NCBI GenBank assembly: GCA_937982505.1
Contig: CALJLV010000189.1
Coordinates: forward strand, 320-64,319
Direction of reading: 5' to 3'
Length of the DNA stretch: 64,000 nucleotides
From: an uncultured Desulfobacteraceae bacterium
Lineage (GTDB): Bacteria > Desulfobacterota > Desulfobacteria > Desulfobacterales > UBA2174
The notes beneath the pieces were generated by a model. The model saw only the letters and a program-made list of their open reading frames with translations, was not told where the DNA came from and did not search any database. The translations under genes and the position numbers were made by a program. Shown here piece by piece: positions 34,819-44,051 of this stretch. Numbering within the stretch: the stretch's first letter is position 1; every line of letters starts with the position of its first letter.

Positions 34819-37017
34819 TCAGCCCCTGCGCGGCCCGTTGGGAATCAGGGCCGTGGGGTTGGTTTCCCGGATGTAGGCCTCGATTCCGTTGACGATGCCT
34901 TCACAGATGTGCTCCTGGTACTTGGGGTCGATGAGGCGCCGGCATTCGCGCTCGTTGCTGATGAAGGAGGTTTCCACCAGGATGGCGGGCATCTGGGCGC
35001 CCAGCAGAACGTAAAACGGGGCCTGCTTGACTCCCTTGCTGCGGATCTGGCTGTAGCGGCCCTGTAGATGTCCGTGGAGGCTGGTTTGCACGTAGCCGGC
35101 CAGGCGGCTGGACTCGTTGATCTTGGCGTTCTGCATCAGATCCAGAAGAATGGTCTGCAGATCGCTGATGTTCTTTTCGCTGGTGGCGTTCTCCCGCGCG
35201 GCCACCAGAATGGCGTCGTTGTCCGTGGCCAGATTGAGAAAGAAGGTCTCTATACCGTGGGCCCGCTGGTCCCGGGCGGCATTGGTGTGCACCGAGATGA
35301 ACAGGTCGGCGTTGCGCGTGTTGGCGATGGCGGTGCGCTCCTCCAGGGTCAGATAGCGGTCCGCATCGCGGGTCATGATCACCTCGCAGCCCAGGCGCTG
35401 GCGGATCCTGGCGGCCAGACGCTTGGAGATGTCCAGGACCACGTGCTTTTCATGAATCCCTTTTAGATGGCCTGGGGCGCCGAAATCCTTGCCGCCGTGG
35501 CCCGGATCGATGACGATGCGCCGCACCCCCAGGGCCAGCTGCTTGGCCAGGGCGCCGGCCGGCAGCTTTCCGGCATCGGGGACGGGCACACGGCCCGAGG
35601 CGGCGGGCGGAGGACCGTCCGGCGGAGGCGGCGGCCCCTGGGCCATGGGGGCGTCGGGGGCGGCTCCGTCGCCCCAGATATCCAGCACGATGCGAAACGG
35701 ATTGCGCAGTGAAAAGAGTTTGTAGGTCTTGAAGGACTTGATGTCCACCACCACCCGCACCGTGTCGCTGTCGTACTGCCCGGCCCGGGCGTCCAGGAGC
35801 AGATCGTCGTTGATGGGGATCTGGCGCTGGAGGTCTTTGCCGAGCCGGCTGCCGGCCAGGTCCACGAACAGGCGCTGGGGCTTGCCGATCTCGGGGTCCT
35901 TCTTGAGCAGGTGATGGCGGTACTCGGTGACGTTGTCCACGTCCACCACCACACGGGTGTAGTTGGGATTGGACCAGAAGCGAAGCCCGTTGACGACGGC
36001 CGGAGCGCCGGCACCGCCGGGCGGGTCGACAGCCGCGACGGGGGCCGGCTCGGTCTGGCGGGCAATGAGCGTCGCAACGGAATCTGCCGGCCTGCCGGCG
36101 CCGCCGGCACCGGGGGCGGCATCGGGAACGGCGTCCGGCCGGAACGCCGGCGCCGGGCCGGAGGATGTCGCCACGCCCATCAGGGCCAGATCCTCCTGAG
36201 CCCGTCGCCCATAGAGGCTGCCGGCGAACCCCAGCGCCGCCTGCTGCAGGGCGTCCGTTGCCGCCCGGCGATCGGCCTCGAGAAAAGAGTAGCCGGCCAG
36301 TTCGCGGTGCAGCCGGCCCACCATATACAGCGCCTGGGCGGCCAGGGGCCCGGCGGGGTCGTGGCGGACCACCGCCTGATACTTCTGGATGCATCCCATC
36401 CAGACGTCCCGGTGCTTGGTCCGCCGGGGATTCTTCTGGAGCTGGGCATGGCAGCGCTCCGCGCTTTGCAGCAGCCGCCGCCCCTGGGGGTCTTCGGCCG
36501 TCTTGGGGGCCGCCTTGGGGACCGCCTTGGGCGGGGTTTCGAGACGGGCCGCAGAGGGTGCGGCGGGCCCGGTCTCCGGTGTACCTGAATCGGCCAGGAG
36601 CAATGCGGCCCGCGGTTTGTAGGCGCTGGAGGGAAAACGCCGCAGGACCCGCTGCAAGCGGTCGCTGCCCTCCTGGCGGTCGGCGGCCATGCCGCTGCGA
36701 CGGGCCAGGTCCAGATAAAGGGCGCCGGCCCGGTAGAGTGCCGCGGGGGCCCACTTGCCTTCGGGCGCGGCGCTGTAGACCGCGTTGAACTGCTCGATGC
36801 AGCGCAGCCAGTGGTGCCGATAGGCCTGGCGCGCCGTATCGGCCGCCAGCTGGCGCTGGCAGGTCTCGGCTTCGAAAAAGCGGACGCCGATTGCGTCGCC
36901 GGAGGCCGCCGGCGGCGGGCTGCAGAGCCCCGTCGGCATCAGGGCCAGCCATGCGAGGGTCCACCAGAGGATTGTGAAACGGCGGGCCAGGCCGCCGCGG
37001 GCAGGGCAAGATTGCAT
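34819..37017 (-). CDS. N-acetylmuramoyl-L-alanine amidase (Amidase_3) with an AMIN domain and a long N-terminal TPR/YbgF-like region
   Basis: Signal/TM segment (FTILWWTLAWLALMP), repeated YbgF-like helical modules, an AMIN-like part (LRFWSNPNYTRVVVDV..), and a C-terminal IVIDPGHGGKD..SVHTNA..ETFFLN amidase domain. Start chosen at ATG 37017. Confidence 0.8.
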   Translation of the reverse strand: MQSCPARGGLARRFTILWWTLAWLALMPTGLCSPPPAASGDAIGVRFFEAETCQRQLAADTARQAYRHHWLRCIEQFNAVYSAAPEGKWAPAALYRAGALYLDLARRSGMAADRQEGSDRLQRVLRRFPSSAYKPRAALLLADSGTPETGPAAPSAARLETPPKAVPKAAPKTAEDPQGRRLLQSAERCHAQLQKNPRRTKHRDVWMGCIQKYQAVVRHDPAGPLAAQALYMVGRLHRELAGYSFLEADRRAATDALQQAALGFAGSLYGRRAQEDLALMGVATSSGPAPAFRPDAVPDAAPGAGGAGRPADSVATLIARQTEPAPVAAVDPPGGAGAPAVVNGLRFWSNPNYTRVVVDVDNVTEYRHHLLKKDPEIGKPQRLFVDLAGSRLGKDLQRQIPINDDLLLDARAGQYDSDTVRVVVDIKSFKTYKLFSLRNPFRIVLDIWGDGAAPDAPMAQGPPPPPDGPPPAASGRVPVPDAGKLPAGALAKQLALGVRRIVIDPGHGGKDFGAPGHLKGIHEKHVVLDISKRLAARIRQRLGCEVIMTRDADRYLTLEERTAIANTRNADLFISVHTNAARDQRAHGIETFFLNLATDNDAILVAARENATSEKNISDLQTILLDLMQNAKINESSRLAGYVQTSLHGHLQGRYSQIRSKGVKQAPFYVLLGAQMPAILVETSFISNERECRRLIDPKYQEHICEGIVNGIEAYIRETNPTALIPNGPRRG

Positions 37018-37160
37018 CTGAACGTCACGAATCGGCCGGGGTTGCAAGATCCATCGCCTCGTTTCCAGGGGGCAAGATACAGGTTGACGGGCCCGATCGC
37101 AAGGGGCAAGTGCCGGCCGGCCCGGGGCCCGGCCCCTGCCGGGAGCAGTGCAAAACAGCC

Positions 37161-39779
37161 CTACTTCACCTTGGCCTGCAGTCGGTTCAGCATGTTGAGG
37201 GCTTCCAGGGGCGTCATGCGCCGGATATCCAGGCCCCGGAGGGCGTCGATGACCGCCGAGCCGTCGGCCGGCCGGAAAAGCCCCATCTGCACCGGGCCGC
37301 CGGGAGCCGCCGCGGATGGACCCGCATCCGAACGCGACGCGCCCTCCGCCAGCGGCTCGCCGTTCTCGATGCGGTAGAGGATCTTCTTGGCCCGGCGGAT
37401 CACCGCGGGCGGAATCCCCGCCAGACGCGCCACCTGGATCCCGTAGCTGCGGTTGGTGGCGCCGGGGGCCAGCTTGCGCAAAAAGATGATCTCGTCGTTC
37501 CATTCCTTGACGGTGATGTGGTAGTTCTTGACCCGCGGGCAGCAGCGCGCCAGCTCGGTCAGTTCGTGGTAGTGAGTGGCAAAGAGGGTCTTGACCCCCG
37601 CGCCCTTCAGGTCATGGAGGTGTTCGGCCACGGCCCAGGCGATGCTCAGACCGTCGAAGGTGCTGGTGCCCCGGCCGATCTCGTCCATGATCACCAGGCT
37701 CTGCTCGCCGGCATGGTTCAGAATATTGGCCGTTTCCTCCATCTCCACCATGAAGGTGCTCTGGCCCTGGACCAGATTGTCCAGGGCTCCGACCCGGGTG
37801 AAGATCCGGTCGCAGATGCCGATGGCGGCCCGGCGGGCCGGCACGAAGCTGCCCATCTGGGCCATGACCACGACCAGCGCCGCCTGGCGCAGGACGGTGG
37901 ACTTGCCGGCCATGTTGGGACCGGTGATGATCAGCACCTGCTGTTCGTGATTGTCCAGTTCGATGGTGTTGGGCACGAAGCGCTGGCCGCGCACCGTCTT
38001 TTCCACCACCGGATGGCGCCCGTCTTCGATGCGCAGGCGCCCGTCGCGGGTGATGGCGGGGCGATGGTAGTCGTTCTGGGCCGCCACCTCGGCCAGTGAA
38101 AGCAGGCAGTCGATGCGCGCCAGGTCCGATGCGGTCCGCCGCAGAACCTCGCCCTGGGCGGTGATCTGAAGCCGCAGGGCCTCGAAGAGTTCGGCTTCCC
38201 GCCGGGCGCGCTGCGCCTCGGCCCCCAGGACCCGGGTCTCGAAGGTTTTCAGCTCGTCGGTGATATAGCGTTCGGCGTTGACCAGGGTCTGCTTGCGCAC
38301 ATAGTGCAGGGGCACCCGCTCGGCGTGGGCCCTGGGGATCTCGATATAATAGCCGAAGACCTTGTTGTAGCGCACCTTGAGGACCCCGATCCCCGTGGCC
38401 TGCTTCTCCTGGGCTTCCAGGCGCGCCAGGAACCCCTTTCCGTCCCTGGACAGGTGGATCAGCGCGTCCAGGGCCTCATCGTACCCTTCCTTGAAGATTC
38501 CCCCCTCGTCGATCACCGGGGGGGCATCCTCGCGCACGGCCCGCTCCAGCAGATCGCCCAGCGCCGTCAGCGGCGCCGGATCGGCCTCCAGCCGCAGCAG
38601 TCCGGCCTGCCAGCCGGCCAGGGCGGAAACGATTCGCGGCAGGCACTGGCAGGAGGCCTTGAGGGCCAGCAGATCCCGCGCGCTGGCGCGGTTCAGGGCG
38701 ATCTTGGCGCGCAACCGTTCCAGGTCGGCCACCGATTTGAGCAGGGTGCGCACCTGACGGGTGATGTCGATACGCCGCAGGGCGTCGGCCACCGCCTCCT
38801 GGCGGTCCTCGATGCCCGCCGGATCCAGCAGTGGATAGCGAAGCCAGTGCTGCAGAAGGCGGCCGCCCATGGCGGTGGCGGTACGGTCCAGGACGGCCAG
38901 CAGACTGCCCTGTCGGGTACCGCTGCGGGCGTTGCGCAGCAGATCGAGGTTCTGGCAGCTCATGGCGTCGATGACCAGGTAGGCGTCCAGGCCGTAGGTC
39001 TCCAGGGCCGTGACATGCACCAGCTCCTGCTTCTGGGTCTGGCGCACGTATTCGATCAGGGCGCCGGCTGCCTGGACCCCGCAGCGCCGCCCTTCACAGC
39101 CGAAACCCTCCAGCGACATGGTGCCGAACTGCTCCAGCAGGCAGCGCCGCGCGCGCCCGTACTCGAAGGTACCATCCGGGGCATAGGTGACGGCCGCGGC
39201 TTCCAGCGCCGGATGGAGGCCGTCAAGCCGCAAATCGCCGCGGGCCGACTCGGGAAGCAGGATCTCCCGCGGCGCCACGCGCCGGATCTCGTCCACCAGG
39301 GCGGCATGATCCGCCGATTCGGTCAGGCGGAAGGTGCCGGTGGAGATGTCCACGTAGGCGGCCCCGGTGATCTTTCCGTCACTGCTGAGGGCCAGCAGGA
39401 AATTGTCGTCGCGGGCCTCGAGCATCTCGTTTTCGACGATCATCCCGGGGGTGACGATACGCACCACGTCCCGCTTGACCAGCCCTTTGGCCTTTTCCGG
39501 ATCCTCCATCTGGTCGCAGATGGCCACCTTGAAGCCCTGCTCAATGAGCCGTGCCAGGTATCCCTGGGCGGCGCGGTAGGGCACGCCGCACATGGGTACG
39601 GGGTTCGGATCGTTCTTGTTGCGCGAGGTCAGGGCGATGTCCAGGGCCCGCGAGGCGGTCTCGGCATCCTCGAAAAACATCTCGTAAAAATCGCCCATGC
39701 GGTAAAAGAGGATGGCATCCGGGCATTGGGCCTTGATCGTCAGATACTGTTCGATCATGGGGGTGGATTTGGGTGCCAT
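37161..39779 (-). CDS. mutS: DNA mismatch repair protein MutS
   Basis: TPMIEQYLTIKAQCPDAILFYRMGDFYEMFFEDA at the N-terminus, Walker A TGPNMAGKST, and DEIGRGTSTFDG. ATG at 39779. Confidence 0.95.
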   Translation of the reverse strand: MAPKSTPMIEQYLTIKAQCPDAILFYRMGDFYEMFFEDAETASRALDIALTSRNKNDPNPVPMCGVPYRAAQGYLARLIEQGFKVAICDQMEDPEKAKGLVKRDVVRIVTPGMIVENEMLEARDDNFLLALSSDGKITGAAYVDISTGTFRLTESADHAALVDEIRRVAPREILLPESARGDLRLDGLHPALEAAAVTYAPDGTFEYGRARRCLLEQFGTMSLEGFGCEGRRCGVQAAGALIEYVRQTQKQELVHVTALETYGLDAYLVIDAMSCQNLDLLRNARSGTRQGSLLAVLDRTATAMGGRLLQHWLRYPLLDPAGIEDRQEAVADALRRIDITRQVRTLLKSVADLERLRAKIALNRASARDLLALKASCQCLPRIVSALAGWQAGLLRLEADPAPLTALGDLLERAVREDAPPVIDEGGIFKEGYDEALDALIHLSRDGKGFLARLEAQEKQATGIGVLKVRYNKVFGYYIEIPRAHAERVPLHYVRKQTLVNAERYITDELKTFETRVLGAEAQRARREAELFEALRLQITAQGEVLRRTASDLARIDCLLSLAEVAAQNDYHRPAITRDGRLRIEDGRHPVVEKTVRGQRFVPNTIELDNHEQQVLIITGPNMAGKSTVLRQAALVVVMAQMGSFVPARRAAIGICDRIFTRVGALDNLVQGQSTFMVEMEETANILNHAGEQSLVIMDEIGRGTSTFDGLSIAWAVAEHLHDLKGAGVKTLFATHYHELTELARCCPRVKNYHITVKEWNDEIIFLRKLAPGATNRSYGIQVARLAGIPPAVIRRAKKILYRIENGEPLAEGASRSDAGPSAAAPGGPVQMGLFRPADGSAVIDALRGLDIRRMTPLEALNMLNRLQAKVK

Positions 39780-39876
39780 GGCCTTCGGGTGCGGGTCTTT
39801 GGAAACGGAAGGGCGCGCATGGGGGGCGGCCGTCGTCGCCGGCCGCCGAAACCGGAACATCCGCCGGGCCGGGGTT

Positions 39877-40266
39877 TCAGGCCTCAGCGGGCGCAGGGCT
39901 CGAATGAGGGGTGGATTCGGATCCGGTCTGACCCTCGGGGGCCTCGGGCGGGCGGGGGGCGGCCAGCTGGCTGCGCAGGCTGGCGATCTCATCGCTCTGG
40001 GCGGCCACGGTGGCGTTCAGGTGGCGGATGGTCTTGCTCTGCCGGTAGGATCCGAAAAGGCTGTAAAAGTAGGCGATCAGGAGGCCCAGAAAGAAGAAGA
40101 CAAGAAAACTCAACACGTTGGGAAGCATCGGGGTTTCATAGGGGCCCATCAGGTAAAGATCCAGGGAGAAACTCTGCGGCGTCATGAAAAAAGCCTTGTT
40201 CTGATAGACGAACAGCGCCATCACCCCAAAGAGTGCCACCCAGAAGAAAATCTTGATTTTTTTCAT
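39877..40266 (-). CDS. LapA/DUF1049-like small inner-membrane protein
   Basis: MKKIKIFFWVALFGVMALFVY plus a second TM helix and a short coiled segment (QSDEIASLRSQL). ATG at 40266. Confidence 0.55.
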   Translation of the reverse strand: MKKIKIFFWVALFGVMALFVYQNKAFFMTPQSFSLDLYLMGPYETPMLPNVLSFLVFFFLGLLIAYFYSLFGSYRQSKTIRHLNATVAAQSDEIASLRSQLAAPRPPEAPEGQTGSESTPHSSPAPAEA

Positions 40267-40383
40267 GCCGTTGCTCCCTTGCCCCCCCGAAGATGCGCGC
40301 CATCGGCCCCGCGGTGCGCCCTGTCCATTGAAAAACCCTATTGGACACAGCAGATTACTCTTTACCCAGCCAAAACTCAACCC

Positions 40384-41142
40384 CTAATTCGACCGTCCGC
40401 CAAAGCCCGGCGCCAGGGGGACCAGCTCCACCCGGCCCCAGGCGCCGATGCGTGTGTCGCAGATGATCACCAGGCCTTCGACCCCTGGAATGCGTCGGCC
40501 GTGGGCCAAAGCGGCGTCGATATCCGCGGCCCGGCGCACCCGGTTGCCCAGGGCCGTGGCCGCGGCGTCGGCCAGGGCCGCATCCGGGCTCACCACGCAG
40601 ACCGCATCGGCCCGCCCCAGGCTCAGACTGTGCCCCACGGTTCCCGACGAGGTGCAGACCCCGGCGGGAGCGGACCGGGTGTCGAGGCGCAGGCCGATCT
40701 TGAGGTTCAGCGGGCTTTTGCCGGCATGCAGGGCGATCAGCGCCGGTCCGCTGGTCCGGAGGAAGATGTCGCCCCCGTTTTCCACGATGGCCTGCGGGCC
40801 ATGTTCCAGCAGGGCCCGCCCCGCCGCCTGGGCCACCGCGCCGGCCACGGCCGCCATGGGCCCCACTCCGGCCTGGCGGCCCGCGCGGATCATGGTCTGG
40901 ACCAGGGGCGGAGCCGGCGCCCCGCCTTCCCAGGGAGTCAGGGTCGTCAGAAAGGCGGGGTGCCGCTGGATGTAGCCCTCCAGATGGGCGCGCACCTCCA
41001 GGACGGTTTCGCGCACCAGGTCGGGCATGGCCGTGGGGCTGTAGACCTGCAGGTCGGTCTCGCGGACCCGGACCCGGTAGCCCGCCAGGGCCCCCGGGGT
41101 GACCACGGAGCGGTAGGTGCGTTCCTGAACCGGCATGTTCAT
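40384..41142 (-). CDS. UPF0280-family protein (ApbE-like fold superfamily)
   Basis: Pattern ..GVGPMAAVAGAVAQ..ENGGDIF..SSGTVGHSLSLGRADAV.. as in UPF0280 proteins. Its ATG overlaps the stop of the HD gene (ATGA at 41142-41139). Confidence 0.6.
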   Translation of the reverse strand: MNMPVQERTYRSVVTPGALAGYRVRVRETDLQVYSPTAMPDLVRETVLEVRAHLEGYIQRHPAFLTTLTPWEGGAPAPPLVQTMIRAGRQAGVGPMAAVAGAVAQAAGRALLEHGPQAIVENGGDIFLRTSGPALIALHAGKSPLNLKIGLRLDTRSAPAGVCTSSGTVGHSLSLGRADAVCVVSPDAALADAAATALGNRVRRAADIDAALAHGRRIPGVEGLVIICDTRIGAWGRVELVPLAPGFGGRSN

Positions 41143-42356
41143 CTGTGCCCGCAGCGGGAGACCGGCCACACCTGGACCTGGGGGCGCAGTTCGGCGGGGC
41201 ACTGCTCCAGAAAGTAGCGATCGGTCATGCCGGCGATGAAATCGCGCACGATTTCCGCCGGTCGATGGGTTTCACAATAGGCCGGGGCCATGTCGGCCAG
41301 AAAACGGGTAAAGATCACCGAATCGCGCCGATCAGCCTCCAGATCGGCCAGGTAGCGATGGAAGAGCCCCTCGAAGAGACACCCGATGCGTTCCTGGTGG
41401 CGTTTGATCTCGGGATTGAGGTAGATCCGCTGGAGGTTGAAATCCTTCAGCCGCTGCAGCGCATCGGAGACCTCCGGGCTGAAGCACATGTAGGGCCGGG
41501 CGTGGCTGTGGGCCACCAGATCGGTGACCAGGGTATAGACGATGGTGCCGTTGGTGCGGCCCAGGAGGCGCGCGCAGTCTCCCGGGATCTCGTCGCGCGA
41601 CAGGACCCCCAGGCGGATGGCGTCCTCGATGTCCCTGCCGATGTAGCTGATGGTGTCGGCCATGCGCACGGCGCACCCCTCCAGGGTCATGGGGGTGAGC
41701 CGGTGCTGGGGATCTTGGCCCTTGGCGCGCATCTCGGCGGCCAGAAGGTCAAAATCCTTTCCCGGACAGGGGGCCAGCTGGCGGTCGTGGACTTCCCCGT
41801 CGTGGCACAGGATCCCGTCGAGGGTCTGGAGGGTCAGGTTCCACCCCTGCCCCTTGCGCTCCACCCGCTCGAGAAACTGCACGCTTTGCAGATTGTGCAG
41901 GAAATGGCCGATCCCGTGACGGCGGCACAAGCGGGAAAGGATCCGCTCGCCGTCATGGCCGAAAGGGGTGTGACCGATGTCGTGGCCCAGGGCGATGGCC
42001 TCGATCAGGTCCTCGTTGAGTCCGAGAAAACGCCCGACGGTGCGGGCAATCTTGGACACCAGCTGCACGTGCAGCCCCCGGTGGGTGATGTGATCGTTGC
42101 GGATCAGGTAAAAGACCTGGGTCTTGTCGATGTAGCGCGCATAGGCCAGGGAGTGCAGGATGCGGTCCGCATCCACGGCGAAAGCCTGCCGGTAGTCGCT
42201 GGCCATCTCCGGCTCGATGCGCCGCCGGCGTCCGCTGCGGTTCAGGGTGGCCCGCGCAGAAAGCCGTTCAGCCTCGCTGCGGTCCAGGGCCCGTCGAAGG
42301 GACAGCAGCCGTCCTTCCAGGGCCTTGAGGTCGAATGACGGGTCAAATGAAGTCAT
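41139..42356 (-). CDS. HD-domain phosphohydrolase of the dGTPase (Dgt)-like family
   Basis: DRILHSLAYARYIDKTQVF, THRGLHVQLVSKIAR and LGHDIGHTPFGHDGE (the HD motif). Confidence 0.8.
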   Translation of the reverse strand: MTSFDPSFDLKALEGRLLSLRRALDRSEAERLSARATLNRSGRRRRIEPEMASDYRQAFAVDADRILHSLAYARYIDKTQVFYLIRNDHITHRGLHVQLVSKIARTVGRFLGLNEDLIEAIALGHDIGHTPFGHDGERILSRLCRRHGIGHFLHNLQSVQFLERVERKGQGWNLTLQTLDGILCHDGEVHDRQLAPCPGKDFDLLAAEMRAKGQDPQHRLTPMTLEGCAVRMADTISYIGRDIEDAIRLGVLSRDEIPGDCARLLGRTNGTIVYTLVTDLVAHSHARPYMCFSPEVSDALQRLKDFNLQRIYLNPEIKRHQERIGCLFEGLFHRYLADLEADRRDSVIFTRFLADMAPAYCETHRPAEIVRDFIAGMTDRYFLEQCPAELRPQVQVWPVSRCGHR

Positions 42357-43206
42357 CGGCGATGAGCGCCTCCATCAGGGCATCGTAGTCCAGGCCGGCA
42401 CGGCGAAAGCCTTCCCGGCCGTATTTCATGTTGGCTTCCAGCACAAACGGCCGGCCGTGGTGGATGCAGATGTCGATGCCCACATCGTTCCACCCGCAGA
42501 GCCGGGCCGTATGGCGCGCCAGATCCAGGGCCGCGGAGGGGACCGCATCGAGCAGGATGCGCCCCCCGCGGGCCACATTGGTGCGGAAATCGCCGGCCCC
42601 GGCCAGACGCCAGTAGGCGTGAAGCACCCGGCCGCCCACCACCACGATGCGCAGATCCCGGTCCACCGGCAGGTACTGCTGGATGTAGGCCGTGTGGCTG
42701 CGCCGGCTGTAATCGGCCAGCTGTACCGCGTTTTCAATCAGAAAGACCCCACGCCCCAGAGACGAGCCCCGGGGGGTCTTGGCCACGAAGGGGAAGCTGA
42801 AATGCTCCAGGATCTTGTCCTTCTGGCGCCCGAAGAAGAAGCGCGTCCGCGGATGGGGGATGCGCTGCAGGGCGAAAAGGGTCGTCTGGAGAATCTTGTC
42901 CTGGGCGCAGCGATAGTTGTGGGCGCTGGGAAAAGTCGGTTTTCCCATGGCCGCGAACAGATCGGCGTAGAAGCTGCTGGGATAGTAGACCTTGGGGGCC
43001 TGCCGGATCAATTCCAGGTCCCCGGGCGCGTAGTCTTCCAGATTGGGCTTGACGCCCAGGGTGATCACGCTGGGGCAGCGGTGCAGCCGCCGCTCCAGGG
43101 CCACCACCGGCTCCCGGAACCGGGCGCCGGTCCCGCCCGGGCAGCTGGGTGCCGCACGCTTCATCCCGCCTCGCTTTGAAATGGGGGAGGGCGATCCGTG
43201 GTTCAC
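42343..43206 (-). CDS. RimK-like ATP-grasp ligase
   Basis: FPFVAKTPRGSSLGRGVFLI, YIQQYLP..DLRIVVVGGRV, FRTNVARGG and VLEANMKYG motifs. The GTG start overlaps the upstream stop (GTGA). The 3' end overlaps the HD start by 14 nt. Confidence 0.75.
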   Translation of the reverse strand: MNHGSPSPISKRGGMKRAAPSCPGGTGARFREPVVALERRLHRCPSVITLGVKPNLEDYAPGDLELIRQAPKVYYPSSFYADLFAAMGKPTFPSAHNYRCAQDKILQTTLFALQRIPHPRTRFFFGRQKDKILEHFSFPFVAKTPRGSSLGRGVFLIENAVQLADYSRRSHTAYIQQYLPVDRDLRIVVVGGRVLHAYWRLAGAGDFRTNVARGGRILLDAVPSAALDLARHTARLCGWNDVGIDICIHHGRPFVLEANMKYGREGFRRAGLDYDALMEALIADDFI

Positions 43207-44051
43207 GATCCGCCATCCGGTCCGTGGAGGATGAAAAGGCGGTCCTCCAGAATCGCATCGGGCCAGATCCGTTCCGCCCGCAGGGTGCAGCTGCGGGTTT
43301 CATCGGAAATCTCAATCACGGCGGGCAGCCGGTACGGCGGCAGGTCGCGGTAGTCCCGGTAGACGACGCGCCAGCGCAGGGTGCCGTCCCCAGCCCGCAT
43401 TTCGACCTGGCGCAGCTCTCGACCGCCGCCGGCCACGACCACCCGGGCGTAGCCGCCCCGGCGCTTTTCGAAAAACAGCGCGGTTTCCCCGTCCGTTTCC
43501 AGGTCTTGAGCCCGGAGGGCGTCCCCGGGCAGGACGGGCGGACGGCCTGCCAGGATCCGGACGGCATCCGGGACGGTCAGGGCCAGCCCCAGCAGCGGGG
43601 CCAGGCTGGCATCGGCCCCGGAGAGGGTTCGCACCCGGCCGCTGTCGTTCTCGCGCAAAGAGATGCGCCGGCCGTCGCTGGCCAGACTGGCCGCGGGCAA
43701 AACGCCTCCCAGCAGGTCCATGCGCAGCCGGTCTGGAGGCGCTGCGGCCCAGGCCGCCCGGATTCCGTAGCTTCCCCGGGGATCGGCCAAGGCCAACCGC
43801 CCCACCGCCTTCACGGCGCCCAGGTCTCGGTTGATGGCCTCGAGCCGGGCGCGCCACAGGTCGCTTTGCCGGGAATCGAGCAGCGGGGCTGCCAGCGGCG
43901 GCCGCAGGGTACAGCCCCAGAGCCAGGCCAGGGCCAGCAGAACCGCCCAGGCGCCGAGGCGGCCCCGGCATCTGCGCCCGGCACCTTTCGGTCCGGCGGG
44001 CCGGCACCAGGTTTGGGGCGACGATCCGCGCCGGCGGGGGTCAGGGATCAT
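43203..44051 (-). CDS. Outer-membrane lipoprotein, LolB/DUF4292-like
   Basis: Lipobox ..LALAWLWGC. A beta-rich sequence similar in layout to LolB-like lipoprotein carriers. The start is uncertain. Confidence 0.5.
   Translation of the reverse strand: MIPDPRRRGSSPQTWCRPAGPKGAGRRCRGRLGAWAVLLALAWLWGCTLRPPLAAPLLDSRQSDLWRARLEAINRDLGAVKAVGRLALADPRGSYGIRAAWAAAPPDRLRMDLLGGVLPAASLASDGRRISLRENDSGRVRTLSGADASLAPLLGLALTVPDAVRILAGRPPVLPGDALRAQDLETDGETALFFEKRRGGYARVVVAGGGRELRQVEMRAGDGTLRWRVVYRDYRDLPPYRLPAVIEISDETRSCTLRAERIWPDAILEDRLFILHGPDGGS

Noticed and set aside
41139-42356. The dGTPase-like HD protein as an anti-phage dNTP-depletion defence gene.
   Set aside because: It is translationally coupled to an ATP-grasp ligase and a UPF0280 protein inside a run of housekeeping genes (mutS, rpoH, a lipoprotein). 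There are no neighbouring defence or mobile genes and no compositional anomaly. A metabolic role seems more likely, although sequence alone cannot exclude the defence function.
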